In this document: piece after piece, positions 1-13,957 of the stretch
How the letters are laid out: every line of letters starts with the position of its first letter
Numbering within the stretch: the first letter of the stretch is position 1
NCBI GenBank assembly: GCA_963847705.1
Contig: CAWKBC010000030.1
Location: 192,001-256,000, forward strand
Direction of reading: 5' to 3'
Source: an uncultured Pseudomonadota bacterium
Lineage (GTDB): Bacteria > Myxococcota_A > Polyangia > Fen-1088
Length of the DNA: 64,000 nt
Position numbers and translations under genes: made by a program
The notes under the pieces: model-generated
Database searches by the model: none
Seen by the model: only the letters and a program-made list of their open reading frames with translations
Told to the model about the DNA's origin: nothing

Positions 1-97
1 AGGGGGCGCCGGCGCCCGCCGATCGGCGCAAGCAGCTGGTTGGACGCCTCGAACAGATCTACCGCGACATCGCCGCGCTGGACGATCGCCAACCGGC

Positions 98-101
<4 letters not shown>
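1..101 (+). CDS. 3' end of an upstream gene (partial), probably in the ccm operon
   Basis: Open frame ...ADRRKQLVGRLEQIYRDIAALDDRQPA*; its TGA (99-101) overlaps the ccmA ATG (ATGA). Confidence 0.6.
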
Positions 102-854
<753 letters not shown>

Positions 855-862
<8 letters not shown>

Positions 863-1595
863 CGGACGATCATCGGCGCTCGCGCCGGCGCCCACGCTGC
901 GCCCGCCCGGCTTCCTCAGGCAGGCGCTCCGGATCGCCGCCAAGGATCTGGCCATCGAATGGCGCAGCCGCGAGGTGCTGGCGACGATGACGTTCCTGGC
1001 CGTCGTCGTGGTGCTGATCTTCAGCTTCGCCTTCGTCCTCGAGGGATCGCGCACACCGGCCCCGGTGGTGGCCGGCATCATCTGGATCGCGCTGGTGGTT
1101 TCGGGAACGGTCGGCCTCGGCCGGGCCTTCGATCGCGAACGGGACGGCGAGGCGATCCGCTCGTTGCTGCTGACCCCCGCGCCCCGCGCGGCGATCTACC
1201 TCGGCAAGCTGGTGGCGACCGTGGCGCTGATGGCGATCACCGAGACGGCGCTGACGGCGCTGTCGGGGCTGCTCTTCTCCGCCTCGATGGGGGCCGTGAT
1301 CGGTCGGGTGGCGCTGCTGCTGCTGCTCGGCACGATCGGCTTCGCCGCCGCCGGCTGCATCTTCTCGGCGGCGCTCCTGCGCGCGCGCGGCCGCGACGCG
1401 CTCCTCGCCACGCTGCTCTACCCGATCATCGTCCCCATCGTGATCGCCGGCGCGCGGGGCACCACCCAGCTCATCGATCCCATCGCCCCCGACTTCGACG
1501 GCGCCCGCTTCTGGACCCAGTTCCTCTTCGCCCTCGACATCCTCTTCGTGACCGCCGGCCTCTGGGCCTTCGAGCCGATCGTCAGCGGCGACTGA
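855..1595 (+). CDS. ccmB: Heme exporter permease CcmB
   Basis: About 6 TM helices; 'AKDLAIEWRSRE', 'RAFDRERDG', 'IYLGK' and 'LLYPIIVPIVI' match CcmB. Confidence 0.9.
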
Positions 1596-1637
1596 CCGTC
1601 GGGAAAAAAAGTGGCTGCCGGACCCGAGCCCTGGCAA

Positions 1638-1666
1638 TTGACCATGGTCGTTGACCATAGTAAATT
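1638..1666 (+). promoter_or_regulatory. Sigma70-type promoter with overlapping palindromic operator for the TA operon
   Basis: TTGACC(1638-43)-N17-TAAATT(1661-66); palindrome GACCATGGTC over the -35 and a second TTGACCAT at 1651. Confidence 0.7.
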
Positions 1667-1681
1667 AGGCAGGGTGAGGGG

Positions 1682-1921
1682 ATGGAGAAGGTAGCAATTT
1701 CTGTGTTCAAAGCCCGATGCCTCTCCATGCTCGAGAAGGTGCGGCGCACAGGAACCCCCATCTTGATCACCCGTCGAGGCGAGCCAATCGCCGAGGTCTC
1801 GGCGCCCTCGCCGGATCACGGCCGCGAGGATTGGCTCGGCTCGGCGGCGGCGACGGGCAAGATCCTGGGCGACGTCGTCTCGCCGATCGGCGACCAGGAC
1901 TGGGAGGCTCTCGGCGAATGA
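1682..1921 (+). CDS. Phd/YefM family antitoxin
   Basis: 79 aa; 'ISVFKARCLSMLEKVRRTGTPILITRRGEPIAEV' is the Phd pattern; ATGA overlap with a PIN gene. Confidence 0.9.
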   Translation: MEKVAISVFKARCLSMLEKVRRTGTPILITRRGEPIAEVSAPSPDHGREDWLGSAAATGKILGDVVSPIGDQDWEALGE

Positions 1922-2313
1922 GGCTCTTGCTGGACACCCATGTCTGGCTCTGGAGCCTGCTCGATCCAGCCAGGCTCCGACCCGAGGTCGCCCGGTCGTT
2001 GGCCTCCGCCGATAACGAAAAATGGCTGTCGCCCATCTCCGTCTGGGAGACCCTGCTGCTCGGCGAGCGCGGTCGCTTGCGCCTCGAGCCCGATCCGGAG
2101 GCGTGGGTGCGGGCGCAGCTCCAGCGCGCGCCGGTTCGCCAGGTTCAGGTCGATCAAGAGATCGCCATTCAGAGTCGGCGTCTCCGGACAGCTCACCAGG
2201 ATCCGGCCGATCGGTTCATCGCCGCCACGGCTCGGGTCCACGAGCTCACCCTGGTGACGGCCGACGCGCGGCTCTGGCGACGCCCGGACGGTTACGCCGT
2301 TCTGCGGGCGTAG
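1918..2313 (+). CDS. vapC: VapC/PIN-domain toxin
   Basis: MRLLLDTHVWLW, SPISVWE, HQDPADRFIAATA, LVTAD acidic PIN motifs; true ATG at 1918. Confidence 0.92.
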   Translation: MRLLLDTHVWLWSLLDPARLRPEVARSLASADNEKWLSPISVWETLLLGERGRLRLEPDPEAWVRAQLQRAPVRQVQVDQEIAIQSRRLRTAHQDPADRFIAATARVHELTLVTADARLWRRPDGYAVLRA

Positions 2314-2337
2314 GTGGTTCCCAGGATCGGCGGCCGG

Positions 2338-3597
<1,260 letters not shown>

Positions 3598-3599
3598 CG

Positions 3600-5078
3600 C
3601 TAGCGCCTGCGCACGCGCCGCGGCTGGGGCGCGCGGCGGAGAAGAAAGAGGAGCGCCAGCAGCAGGAGGCCCGCGGTCGTCGAGGGAAGGTTGTTCGGGC
3701 CGAGGTCGCAGCTGCAGCCGCCGCCGTCCTTCGCCTGGGCGCCACCGGTGCCGGTCGTGCCGCCGGTGGCCGTGCCGCTGCCACCCGTGCCAGTGCCGGT
3801 CACGCCGCCCGTCGCCGCGCCGCCGCTGCCGGTCGCAGCACCGCCGGTGCCGGTGGTCGTCTGGCCGCCGGTGCCGCGTCCGCCTGTGCCCGTCGCGCCG
3901 CCGGTGCCGGTGGCGCCGCCGGTTCCCCTGCCACCCGTGCCGGTCGTGCCGCCGGTGGCCGTGCCGCTGCCGCCTGTGCCGCTGCCACCGGTGCCGGCCA
4001 ACACACCGCCGTCGGCGGCGCACGACGCCGCGGGGGCCGTCGCCAGGTAGTCGGAGCTGCAGGTGCTGCTGCCGACCGCGATGGTGATCGCGCCGGTGGT
4101 CGGATACGTCACGGCGGTCCCGGAGGCGTCGCGCGCCAGGATGAAGTAGTTGTGACAGCCGGCGGCCAGCGTCGCCGTCCCCTTGTAGGCGGCGTTCAAC
4201 TTGTCGGTGCCGAGCTCGAGGCTCAAGGCGGTGCAGTTGCCGTCGACGACGGCGCTGATTGACGCCGGCGCCCCCAGCGAGGGATCGGCCCAGGTTGCAT
4301 AGAACGTGAACGTCCCGGCCGCGCCGCTGGCGGGGCTGACCGCGGCGGTGGGGAGCTTCGGAATGACCGCGTTCTTGAGGTTCCCGGAATCGCCGACATC
4401 GAACGTCTTGTAGCAGTTCGCCCCGCTGGCGTGCCCGTAGCCCATCGTGTTGGCGGACGTCCCCTGATCGGTGAGGATCTTGCGGTGGCCGTCGGAGCCG
4501 GCCGCTTCATCCATCCATCCGTTGACGACGGCGATCGGGTCGCCGTAGCCGGCGGCGGCGACCTCGCCGCTGGCGCTGACGCCCGAGCCGCTGGTGAAGT
4601 AGCCGATGCGGACGAAGGGGTCGGTTCCGCAGGTGGTGGTGGAGGGGACGCTGGCGCAGGAGGCGCAGGCGGTCGGAACCGGCGAGGCGCAGGCGCAGCT
4701 CGGATCGCCGGTGCAGCCGCTGGTGGCGACGTCGGTGTTCAGCGTGCACGGCGAGGGGTGCATCAGCGTCACGTCCGACGTCTCCAGGCTGATGGAGTGA
4801 AAGCGGGCCGACTGGTTGAGCACCGCGCTCCAGATCACCGGGGGGCGCGCCGGGTAGCTGGTCGACTGCGGTCCCGAGACGGTCTGCGGATCGGAGCGGG
4901 CCCGGTTGATCGCCATCAACCCCAGCCGTTCGATCGCGGAGGGGAAACCGTTGGCCGGCTCGCCGACGGCGGCGCGCCTCTCGCTGACCGGCTCGGACCC
5001 GGGCGCCAGGCAACCGCCCACGAAGAGCGGGGAGAAGAGCGCGGATGCGAAGAGAAGGGATGCGAGGTGGGGGCGCAT
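3600..5078 (-). CDS. Secreted CAP/SCP-domain protein with Gly/Thr linker and MYXO-CTERM tail
   Basis: Signal with FVGGC; INRARSDP, SARFHS, GEVAAAG, GWM...GHRKIL CAP motifs; C-terminal GGGCSC + TM + Arg cluster. Confidence 0.8.
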   Translation of the reverse strand: MRPHLASLLFASALFSPLFVGGCLAPGSEPVSERRAAVGEPANGFPSAIERLGLMAINRARSDPQTVSGPQSTSYPARPPVIWSAVLNQSARFHSISLETSDVTLMHPSPCTLNTDVATSGCTGDPSCACASPVPTACASCASVPSTTTCGTDPFVRIGYFTSGSGVSASGEVAAAGYGDPIAVVNGWMDEAAGSDGHRKILTDQGTSANTMGYGHASGANCYKTFDVGDSGNLKNAVIPKLPTAAVSPASGAAGTFTFYATWADPSLGAPASISAVVDGNCTALSLELGTDKLNAAYKGTATLAAGCHNYFILARDASGTAVTYPTTGAITIAVGSSTCSSDYLATAPAASCAADGGVLAGTGGSGTGGSGTATGGTTGTGGRGTGGATGTGGATGTGGRGTGGQTTTGTGGAATGSGGAATGGVTGTGTGGSGTATGGTTGTGGAQAKDGGGCSCDLGPNNLPSTTAGLLLLALLFLLRRAPQPRRVRRR

Positions 5079-5171
5079 CCGGCGGATTTTATCACTTCAC
5101 GGAATCGACGCCCGGAGGAGCCCCAGGAGCCCGAAGAGGCCTGCGGCGCGCTTTCAGGTTAGTATCCAGCG

Positions 5172-5852
5172 ATGCGATCCTTGGGGATCGGGTTCGTCGC
5201 CGCAGCGACGGCCGCCGCCGTCGGGTTCTTGATCGTCCCGGCGCTGATTCTGGGCGCGCCGCTCGAGCCGGTGATGGGATTCGTCCAGAAAATTTTCTAC
5301 TTCCACGTCCCCTGCGCGACGATGCTGTTCCTCTCCACGTTCGTCTGCGCCGGCGGCAGCATCGCCTACCTGTTCAAGGGGTCGGAGGCGGGCGATCGGG
5401 TGGCGGCGTCGGCCGGCGAGCTGGCGGTGCTGTTTGGCCTCTGCACGCTGGTGACCGGGCCGCTGTGGGGGCGCAAGGCCTGGGGGGTCTGGTGGCAGTG
5501 GGACGCGCGGCTGACCAGCGCCCTCCTGCTGGAGCTGATCATGATCGCCTACCTGCTGGCGCGCCGGTACGGCGGGCCGGCCGGGCGCAAGCTGTCGGCG
5601 GCGCTGGCGCTGTTCGCGGCGATCGACGTCCCGCTGGTCTACAAGAGCGTCGACATCTGGCGGACCGTGCACCCGCAGACCACCGTCGTTCCCTCGCTCG
5701 ACCCGCGCATGCGGCCGGCGTTCTGGAGCGCCTTCGGCCTCATCTTGCTGGTCTGGGCGGTGCTCTTCATGGTGCGCCTGCGCCTCGAGAGGGCGCGCGC
5801 CGAGCTGGCGTCGCTGCGCCTCGACGTCGAAGACATGCTGGAGACCGGCTGA
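5172..5852 (+). CDS. ccmC: Heme exporter/cytochrome c assembly protein CcmC
   Basis: IFYFHVP, tryptophan-rich WGRKAWGVWWQWDARLT, WRTVHP. Confidence 0.92.
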   Translation: MRSLGIGFVAAATAAAVGFLIVPALILGAPLEPVMGFVQKIFYFHVPCATMLFLSTFVCAGGSIAYLFKGSEAGDRVAASAGELAVLFGLCTLVTGPLWGRKAWGVWWQWDARLTSALLLELIMIAYLLARRYGGPAGRKLSAALALFAAIDVPLVYKSVDIWRTVHPQTTVVPSLDPRMRPAFWSAFGLILLVWAVLFMVRLRLERARAELASLRLDVEDMLETG

Positions 5853-6145
5853 TGAAGAACAGAGATCGGTGGAAGCGGGCCTTGGTGCTGGTGGGCGGCG
5901 CGCTCGCCTGGTTGGTGCTGGCGCCGTCGCTGGCCGTCGCCCAGGAGTTCCAGAAGGTGAGCGGGCCGCTGCGCGAGGAGCTTCCGGCCACCCCCTTCGT
6001 CGCCGCCGCCTACGGCTTCATCTGGATCGCGCTCCTGGCCTACGTCGTATGGCTCGCACTCGGCGTCGGGCGCGTGCGCAAGGACCTGGCCGAGCTTCGC
6101 GCGCGGATCATCGAGCAGGCCGACCGGGGCGGGCCACGCCCGTGA
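5852..6145 (+). CDS. CcmD-like small membrane protein with an N-terminal signal-like segment
   Basis: Coupled to ccmC (TGATG); FVAAAYGFIWIALLAYV followed by a charged tail resembles CcmD. Confidence 0.65.
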   Translation: MKNRDRWKRALVLVGGALAWLVLAPSLAVAQEFQKVSGPLREELPATPFVAAAYGFIWIALLAYVVWLALGVGRVRKDLAELRARIIEQADRGGPRP

Positions 6146-6360
6146 TCGGGGCGCTCTGCATCGGGGTGCCGCCCTCTTCCCACTTCATCTATATCCCCGT
6201 CATCTTCATCCTGGGGATCGTCATCGGCTTCTTGCTGGGCTCGAAGGCGACGCGCGATGCGATCGCGTTCGAGCAACGCAAGGCCGCCGAGCGTGAAGAG
6301 CGCAAGGCGCGGCGCCAGGCTTCGGCCGCCGCCTCGTCGGCAGCAGAATCGCCCAAATAG
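6142..6360 (+). CDS. Small single-TM protein (72 aa)
   Basis: GTGA overlap with previous stop; HFIYIPVIFILGIVIGFLLG helix plus charged tail. Confidence 0.6.
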   Translation: MIGALCIGVPPSSHFIYIPVIFILGIVIGFLLGSKATRDAIAFEQRKAAEREERKARRQASAAASSAAESPK

Positions 6361-6375
6361 CGATATCCTTCGGCC

Positions 6376-7518
<1,143 letters not shown>

Positions 7519-7582
7519 CACGGTTTCCCCACGGGTCTCATCCATTGACCGGTCCTCTACGCGCGTGGTACTGGCCCCAGCC

Positions 7583-8317
7583 GTGAAGCTCTCGCTGGTC
7601 ATTCCGGTCTACAACGAGCTCGCGACGCTACGAGAGATCGTCCAGCGCGTCGTCGCGGTCGACCTCGACAAGGAGCTGGTCCTGGTCGATGACGGCTCGA
7701 CCGACGGCAGCCGCGAGCTGCTCGCCGAGCTGCGCGATCAGGGCCTCGAGCGCTGGCTGCCGAACCCCGCCGCCCGGCGGAGCGCGAACGAGGTGCGCGT
7801 CCTTCTGCAGCCGCAGAACATGGGCAAAGGGGCGGCGCTGCGGGCCGGGTTCGCGGCGGCCAGCGGTGACATCGTCATCGTCCAGGACGCCGATCTGGAG
7901 TACGACCCGCGCGACATCCCCGGGCTCATCCAGCCGATCCTCGACGGCAACGCCGACGTGGTGTTCGGGTCGCGCTTCATCGGGGGCTCACACCGGGTGC
8001 TCTACTTCTGGCACATGGTCGTCAACCGCGGGCTGACGCTGCTGTCGAACATGTTCAACGACCTGAACCTGACGGACATCGAGATCTGCTACAAGGCGTT
8101 CCGCGCGGAGGTGGCCAGGGCGCTGGTGATCGAGGAGAACCGCTTCGGCGTCGAGCCCGAGCTCACCGCCAAGGTCGCCAAGATGCGCCTGCGCATCTAC
8201 GAGGTCCCCGTCAGCTATCGCGGGCGCACCTACGAAGAGGGGAAGAAGATCGGCTGGAAGGACGGCGTCCGCGCCGTCTACGCCATCGTCAAGTACGGCG
8301 TCCGCCGCGCCAAGTAG
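7583..8317 (+). CDS. GT2 glycosyltransferase (DPM1-like)
   Basis: LSLVIPVYNE, VDDGSTDG, GKGAA, QDADLEY, EGKKIGWKDG; GTG start probably 7583. Confidence 0.92.
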   Translation: MKLSLVIPVYNELATLREIVQRVVAVDLDKELVLVDDGSTDGSRELLAELRDQGLERWLPNPAARRSANEVRVLLQPQNMGKGAALRAGFAAASGDIVIVQDADLEYDPRDIPGLIQPILDGNADVVFGSRFIGGSHRVLYFWHMVVNRGLTLLSNMFNDLNLTDIEICYKAFRAEVARALVIEENRFGVEPELTAKVAKMRLRIYEVPVSYRGRTYEEGKKIGWKDGVRAVYAIVKYGVRRAK

Positions 8318-8342
8318 CCACCGAGCCGGACCAGGGCGTCGG

Positions 8343-8618
8343 CTACGGCGTCCGTTGCGCGCGGGCCCGCGCCTTCTTGCGTTTCGGCGAGCCGTGCGCG
8401 GCGACAGCCCGTGGCGGAGATGGCTGGCCGATCGGCCCCTCGGCGATCCGGAGATCGCCGCTCGACGGCTGGACCGCTCCGAAGCGGCCGGTCTCGTACA
8501 TCGATGGACCGTTCTTCATCTCGGCGGGAGAGTAGCGGTCGGCGGGCGCTCTCGCCGGCGCCGTCGCGCACCCGCCGAGCAAGAAGAGAAGCGCCCACCG
8601 GGCTGGGCTCACGCGCAT
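8343..8618 (-). CDS. Small putative lipoprotein
   Basis: MRVSPARWALLFLLGGC lipobox signal; basic C-terminus. Confidence 0.5.
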   Translation of the reverse strand: MRVSPARWALLFLLGGCATAPARAPADRYSPAEMKNGPSMYETGRFGAVQPSSGDLRIAEGPIGQPSPPRAVAAHGSPKRKKARARAQRTP

Positions 8619-8694
8619 GGTCACGATGGTCAAATGGTGCTGACCCGCAGGGAACTTCACATCTCGCGGAGGCGCCAGTCAGTGAAACCGGACG

Positions 8695-10235
<1,541 letters not shown>

Positions 10236-10273
10236 AGGTGCCATCACCGGTGGGATACTGCGGAGCCGGTTCC

Positions 10274-11341
10274 ATGAAGACCAATCCCCGACCCGAGCGG
10301 CAGCAGCGGCTTTTGACGCCGCGCCAGATCTTCACCTATCTGGATCGCTACGTGGTCGGGCAGGAGCGTGCCAAGCGCACCATCGCCATCGCCGCCTACA
10401 ATCACTTGAAGCGCTGCGCCCAGCCGACGCCGGCCGGCAAACGCCTGATCAAGAAGTCGAATGTTCTCTTGCTGGGGCCGACGGGGTCGGGCAAGACCCA
10501 CCTCGCGCGGACGCTGGCGCAGTGTCTTGACGTTCCGTTTACCGTCGCCGACGCCACCGAGTACACCGAGGCCGGTTACTACGGGAAGGACGTCGAGGTG
10601 ATGGTGGGCGAGCTCTTGCACAAGGCCGACCAGGACGTGGAACTGGCGCAGCGCGGGATCGTCTTCATCGACGAGATCGACAAGATCGCCCGCCGCAGCC
10701 AGGGGGCGCGCACCGGCGCCGGCACGCGCGACATCGGCGGCGAGGGGGTTCAGCAGGCGCTGCTGAAGGTGCTCGAGGGGCGCGAGATCTTCGCGCCGCT
10801 CAACGTGACCCAGCACTGGAACAAGCACGACTTCGTGGTCCTCGACACCCAGGACGTCCTCTTCATCGCGGCGGGGACATTTTCGGACCTCCGGCTCACC
10901 GACCTGAGCAAGCCGGTCGGCTTCGGCGCCGGTGGCGGCGCCGGCGGGGCGGAGCCGAAGAGCCGGCGCGTGACCGAAAAGGAGCTGGTCGACTACGGCC
11001 TGATGGCCGAATTTCTGGGGCGCATTCCGGTGCGGGTCGAGCTCGACCCGCTCTCCGAGAACGATCTCTTCTTGGTGATGACCGGGCCGCCCGACGCGGT
11101 GGTGCGCGAGTACCAGGCGCTGTTGAAGATCGACGGGGTCGACCTGCAGTTCACCGACGGCGCCCTGCGCCTGGTCGCCCAGCACTGCATCCAGCGCCAA
11201 ACCGGCGCCCGCAGCCTGCGGACGATCGTGGAAGGGATCTGCCACGACATCATGTTCGACGCCCCCGAGCGCAAGGGGGAGACGATCACGCTCGACGCCG
11301 ATTTCGTCGCCGAACGGCTGGAGCACGACGCCGCCATATGA
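10274..11341 (+). CDS. ClpX-like AAA+ unfoldase lacking the N-terminal Zn domain
   Basis: KSNVLLLGPTGSGKT, DATEYTEAGY, FIDEIDK, RDIGGEGVQQALLK, TGARSLR; VGFG ClpP-docking-like loop. Confidence 0.88.
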   Translation: MKTNPRPERQQRLLTPRQIFTYLDRYVVGQERAKRTIAIAAYNHLKRCAQPTPAGKRLIKKSNVLLLGPTGSGKTHLARTLAQCLDVPFTVADATEYTEAGYYGKDVEVMVGELLHKADQDVELAQRGIVFIDEIDKIARRSQGARTGAGTRDIGGEGVQQALLKVLEGREIFAPLNVTQHWNKHDFVVLDTQDVLFIAAGTFSDLRLTDLSKPVGFGAGGGAGGAEPKSRRVTEKELVDYGLMAEFLGRIPVRVELDPLSENDLFLVMTGPPDAVVREYQALLKIDGVDLQFTDGALRLVAQHCIQRQTGARSLRTIVEGICHDIMFDAPERKGETITLDADFVAERLEHDAAI

Positions 11342-12222
11342 AGATCTCCCGACTGTTCGACGACCCCGGCCGCAAGCTCTTCTCCTTCGAGCTGTTTCCG
11401 CCCAAGACTGACGCCGGCCAGCTGGCGCTGGAGCGGACCATCCGGGATCTCGCCGAGCTCTCGCCGGCTTTTGTTTCAGTGACGTACGGTGCGGGGGGGT
11501 CCACGCGCGCCAAGACGCTGGAGCTGGTGCGGTGGATCGAGCGCGAGACGCGCCTCTGCGCGATGGCCCACCTCACCTGCGTCGGCGCCACCGAACAGGA
11601 GATCGCCGGCGTGCTCGACACGCTGGTCGAGGCCGGCATCGAGAACGTGATGGCGCTGCGGGGCGATCCGCCCGCCGGGCAGGCCCGGTTCGAGCGGACG
11701 GCCGGCGGCTTCGGCTTCGCCGCCGATCTGGTCGCCTTCATCCGCAAGCGCTACGGGAGCAAGCTCTGCCTGGGCGGCGCCGGCAACCCCGAAGGGCACC
11801 TGGAGTGCCGCGACATCGATCAGGACATCCTCCACCTGAAGGCCAAGGTCGACGCCGGGCTCGACTTCGTGGTGACCCAGCTCTTCTTCGACAACCGGTT
11901 CTATTTCGATTTCGTGGCCCGCGCGCGGGCCGCCGGCATCAAGGTGCCGATCATTCCCGGCCTGATGCCGATCCGGACCTTCGCCGGGATCGAACGGATG
12001 ACCAAGCTGTCGGGCGCCAGCATCCCGCCGGCGTTGCAGGCGGAGCTCGAACGCTGCCGCAACGACGAGGCGGCGACCCTCTCGCTCGGCATCGCGCAGA
12101 CGACCGCCCAGGCCGTCGAGCTGCTCCACGGCGGCGCGCCGGGGATCCACTTCTACACGCTGAACCAGTCCCCCGCGACGCGGGTGATCCTGACCGCGCT
12201 CAAGACCGCCAGGCTGGCGTAG
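11338..12222 (+). CDS. metF: 5,10-methylenetetrahydrofolate reductase
   Basis: SFELFPPK, VSVTYGAGGS, AHLTC, LRGDPP, TQLFF, GIHFYTLN. Confidence 0.95.
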   Translation: MKISRLFDDPGRKLFSFELFPPKTDAGQLALERTIRDLAELSPAFVSVTYGAGGSTRAKTLELVRWIERETRLCAMAHLTCVGATEQEIAGVLDTLVEAGIENVMALRGDPPAGQARFERTAGGFGFAADLVAFIRKRYGSKLCLGGAGNPEGHLECRDIDQDILHLKAKVDAGLDFVVTQLFFDNRFYFDFVARARAAGIKVPIIPGLMPIRTFAGIERMTKLSGASIPPALQAELERCRNDEAATLSLGIAQTTAQAVELLHGGAPGIHFYTLNQSPATRVILTALKTARLA

Positions 12223-12272
12223 TCGTCCAGGCCGGCGGAGAACGCACGTCGTTCTGTCTCCGCGCGCGCCCC

Positions 12273-12728
12273 TCAGTCGTGGGCCAGCAGGACCAGCCAG
12301 GCGACCAGGAAGATCACCGGGACCAGGAGGGGCGCCGCCAGCCCGGCGACGCGCGCGATCGGGCCGGCGTCGAGCGCGCGCACGCGGGCCTCGGTGGCCG
12401 AGAGCAACAGGTTGCGCAGACGGGCCAGGGCAAACAGGCCGCCCACGATGGTCACCACCAGCAGGAGCAGCGAGAGCAAGCTGAGCCAGGGAATGACGGC
12501 GACGAGCAGCTGCGAACGCGTGCCGCCCCTGGGCGACGTTGCGTCGGCGTGTCCGTTGACGGCGACGGCATAGGCCGAGAAGAGAAAGGCTTGCGAGGCC
12601 ATCACCCAGGCGGTTCGCTGTCCCAGAAGGTCGGTCTCGCGATCGATCTGCATCCGGAGCTCCAGCTGAAAGGCCGGGTCGCTCGTCAGGTCCCGGACGG
12701 CCGCGAGCTCTGTGGATGACGTCGACAA
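12273..12728 (-). CDS. Hypothetical 3-TM membrane protein
   Basis: Follows the TPM genes after 13 bp; TTG start; three hydrophobic helices. Confidence 0.6.
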   Translation of the reverse strand: MSTSSTELAAVRDLTSDPAFQLELRMQIDRETDLLGQRTAWVMASQAFLFSAYAVAVNGHADATSPRGGTRSQLLVAVIPWLSLLSLLLLVVTIVGGLFALARLRNLLLSATEARVRALDAGPIARVAGLAAPLLVPVIFLVAWLVLLAHD

Positions 12729-12741
12729 CTCGGCTCCAGGG

Positions 12742-13191
12742 CTAGCGTTCGATCTCGACCCGATCGGGGAGCTCGTTGTCGCCCAGCGGATCGGGCGGAA
12801 AATGCTCTGCCAGCCTGTCGCCGATGGTGTCGACGGCGTGCAGGAGGCCGGCGGTCAGATCGCCGCCGCGGAAGTCCGCCCGCAGGGCATCCGAGATCTG
12901 GCCCCAGAACGCGTCACTCACGCGCTCGTGAATCCCGCTGTCGCCGATCACCGCGAACTGGCGCAGCCTGGGGGCGACGAACAGGAGCACGCCGTTGCGC
13001 CGGCGGGTCTCGCGCATGCGCAGGCGCGCGAACGCCGCGTCGGCGGCGCGGCGGACGCTCCCCCAGAAATAGAACCGGGCCACGGCGACCCGGATCTGCC
13101 CCGACGTGCGCCGCTCGGCCGATCGGATCGCCGCTTCGATGCGGTCGAGGTCGATGCCCTGGACGACCCTCCGCTCCGCCTCCGTCACCAC
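12742..13191 (-). CDS. TPM (DUF477) domain protein
   Basis: AERRTSGQIRV, TRRRNGVLLFV, IGDSGI, NELPD. Confidence 0.88.
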   Translation of the reverse strand: MVTEAERRVVQGIDLDRIEAAIRSAERRTSGQIRVAVARFYFWGSVRRAADAAFARLRMRETRRRNGVLLFVAPRLRQFAVIGDSGIHERVSDAFWGQISDALRADFRGGDLTAGLLHAVDTIGDRLAEHFPPDPLGDNELPDRVEIER

Positions 13192-13949
13192 GATCCCGAG
13201 GCGCCTCCGCCGCCGGAGCTGCCGCCGCCGCCCGAAAACCCACCGCCCCCGCCAAAGCCGCCGCCCCCGCCAAAGCCGCCGCCTCCCCAGCCACCGCCGC
13301 GCCTCCCGGAGCTGGCCAGCATCAGCGCCGCCAGCGCTGGATGCGTGATGATGAAGCCGCCCGCCAGCAGGATCAGAATGACGACGGCCACCGAGACCCA
13401 GGCCGGCGTCTTGTGGGCTGCCGGCTGGGCGCCGCCCGCTCCGCCGATCGTCTGGATCAGCCGGTCGACGCCGGTCCGAACGGCGCCGTCGGCGTCGCCG
13501 GCGCGGATCCGGGGCACCATGTCGTCGTTGATGATCCGGGAAGCGAGCAGGTCGGGGACGCGATCCTCGAGGCCGTAACCCACCTCCATCCGCAGGCGAT
13601 GGTCATCCTTGAAGATGAACAGCACCAGGCCGTCGTCGATCCCCTTGCGGCCGACCTTCCAGCGCTCGAACGCCTTGACTGCCCAGTCCTCGATGGGGAC
13701 GCCGCCGGTCGTGTGATCGATGTAGACGAGCAGCTGGTGGCCGCTCTCCTGGGCATAGCCGGCCAGCCGTTGGTCGAGCTCCGAGACCGCCGCGGGCGAC
13801 AAAAAGGCCGCCCGATCGGTCACCCACTCGGTGGGAGCCGCCGGGATCGGCGTCTCGGCACGCGCGGCGGCCCCGGCCAGAAGCGCCGCCAGCACGACGG
13901 CGGGCGCGACCAACCCGACGAAGCGACGACCGCTGACCGGCGCGCGCAT
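13185..13949 (-). CDS. TPM domain protein with Gly-rich tail (YgcG-like)
   Basis: Signal peptide, WKVGRKGIDDG, EVGYGLE, C-terminal FSGGGGSSGGGGASGSW. Confidence 0.9.
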   Translation of the reverse strand: MRAPVSGRRFVGLVAPAVVLAALLAGAAARAETPIPAAPTEWVTDRAAFLSPAAVSELDQRLAGYAQESGHQLLVYIDHTTGGVPIEDWAVKAFERWKVGRKGIDDGLVLFIFKDDHRLRMEVGYGLEDRVPDLLASRIINDDMVPRIRAGDADGAVRTGVDRLIQTIGGAGGAQPAAHKTPAWVSVAVVILILLAGGFIITHPALAALMLASSGRRGGGWGGGGFGGGGGFGGGGGFSGGGGSSGGGGASGSW

Positions 13950-13957
13950 GGGACGCC

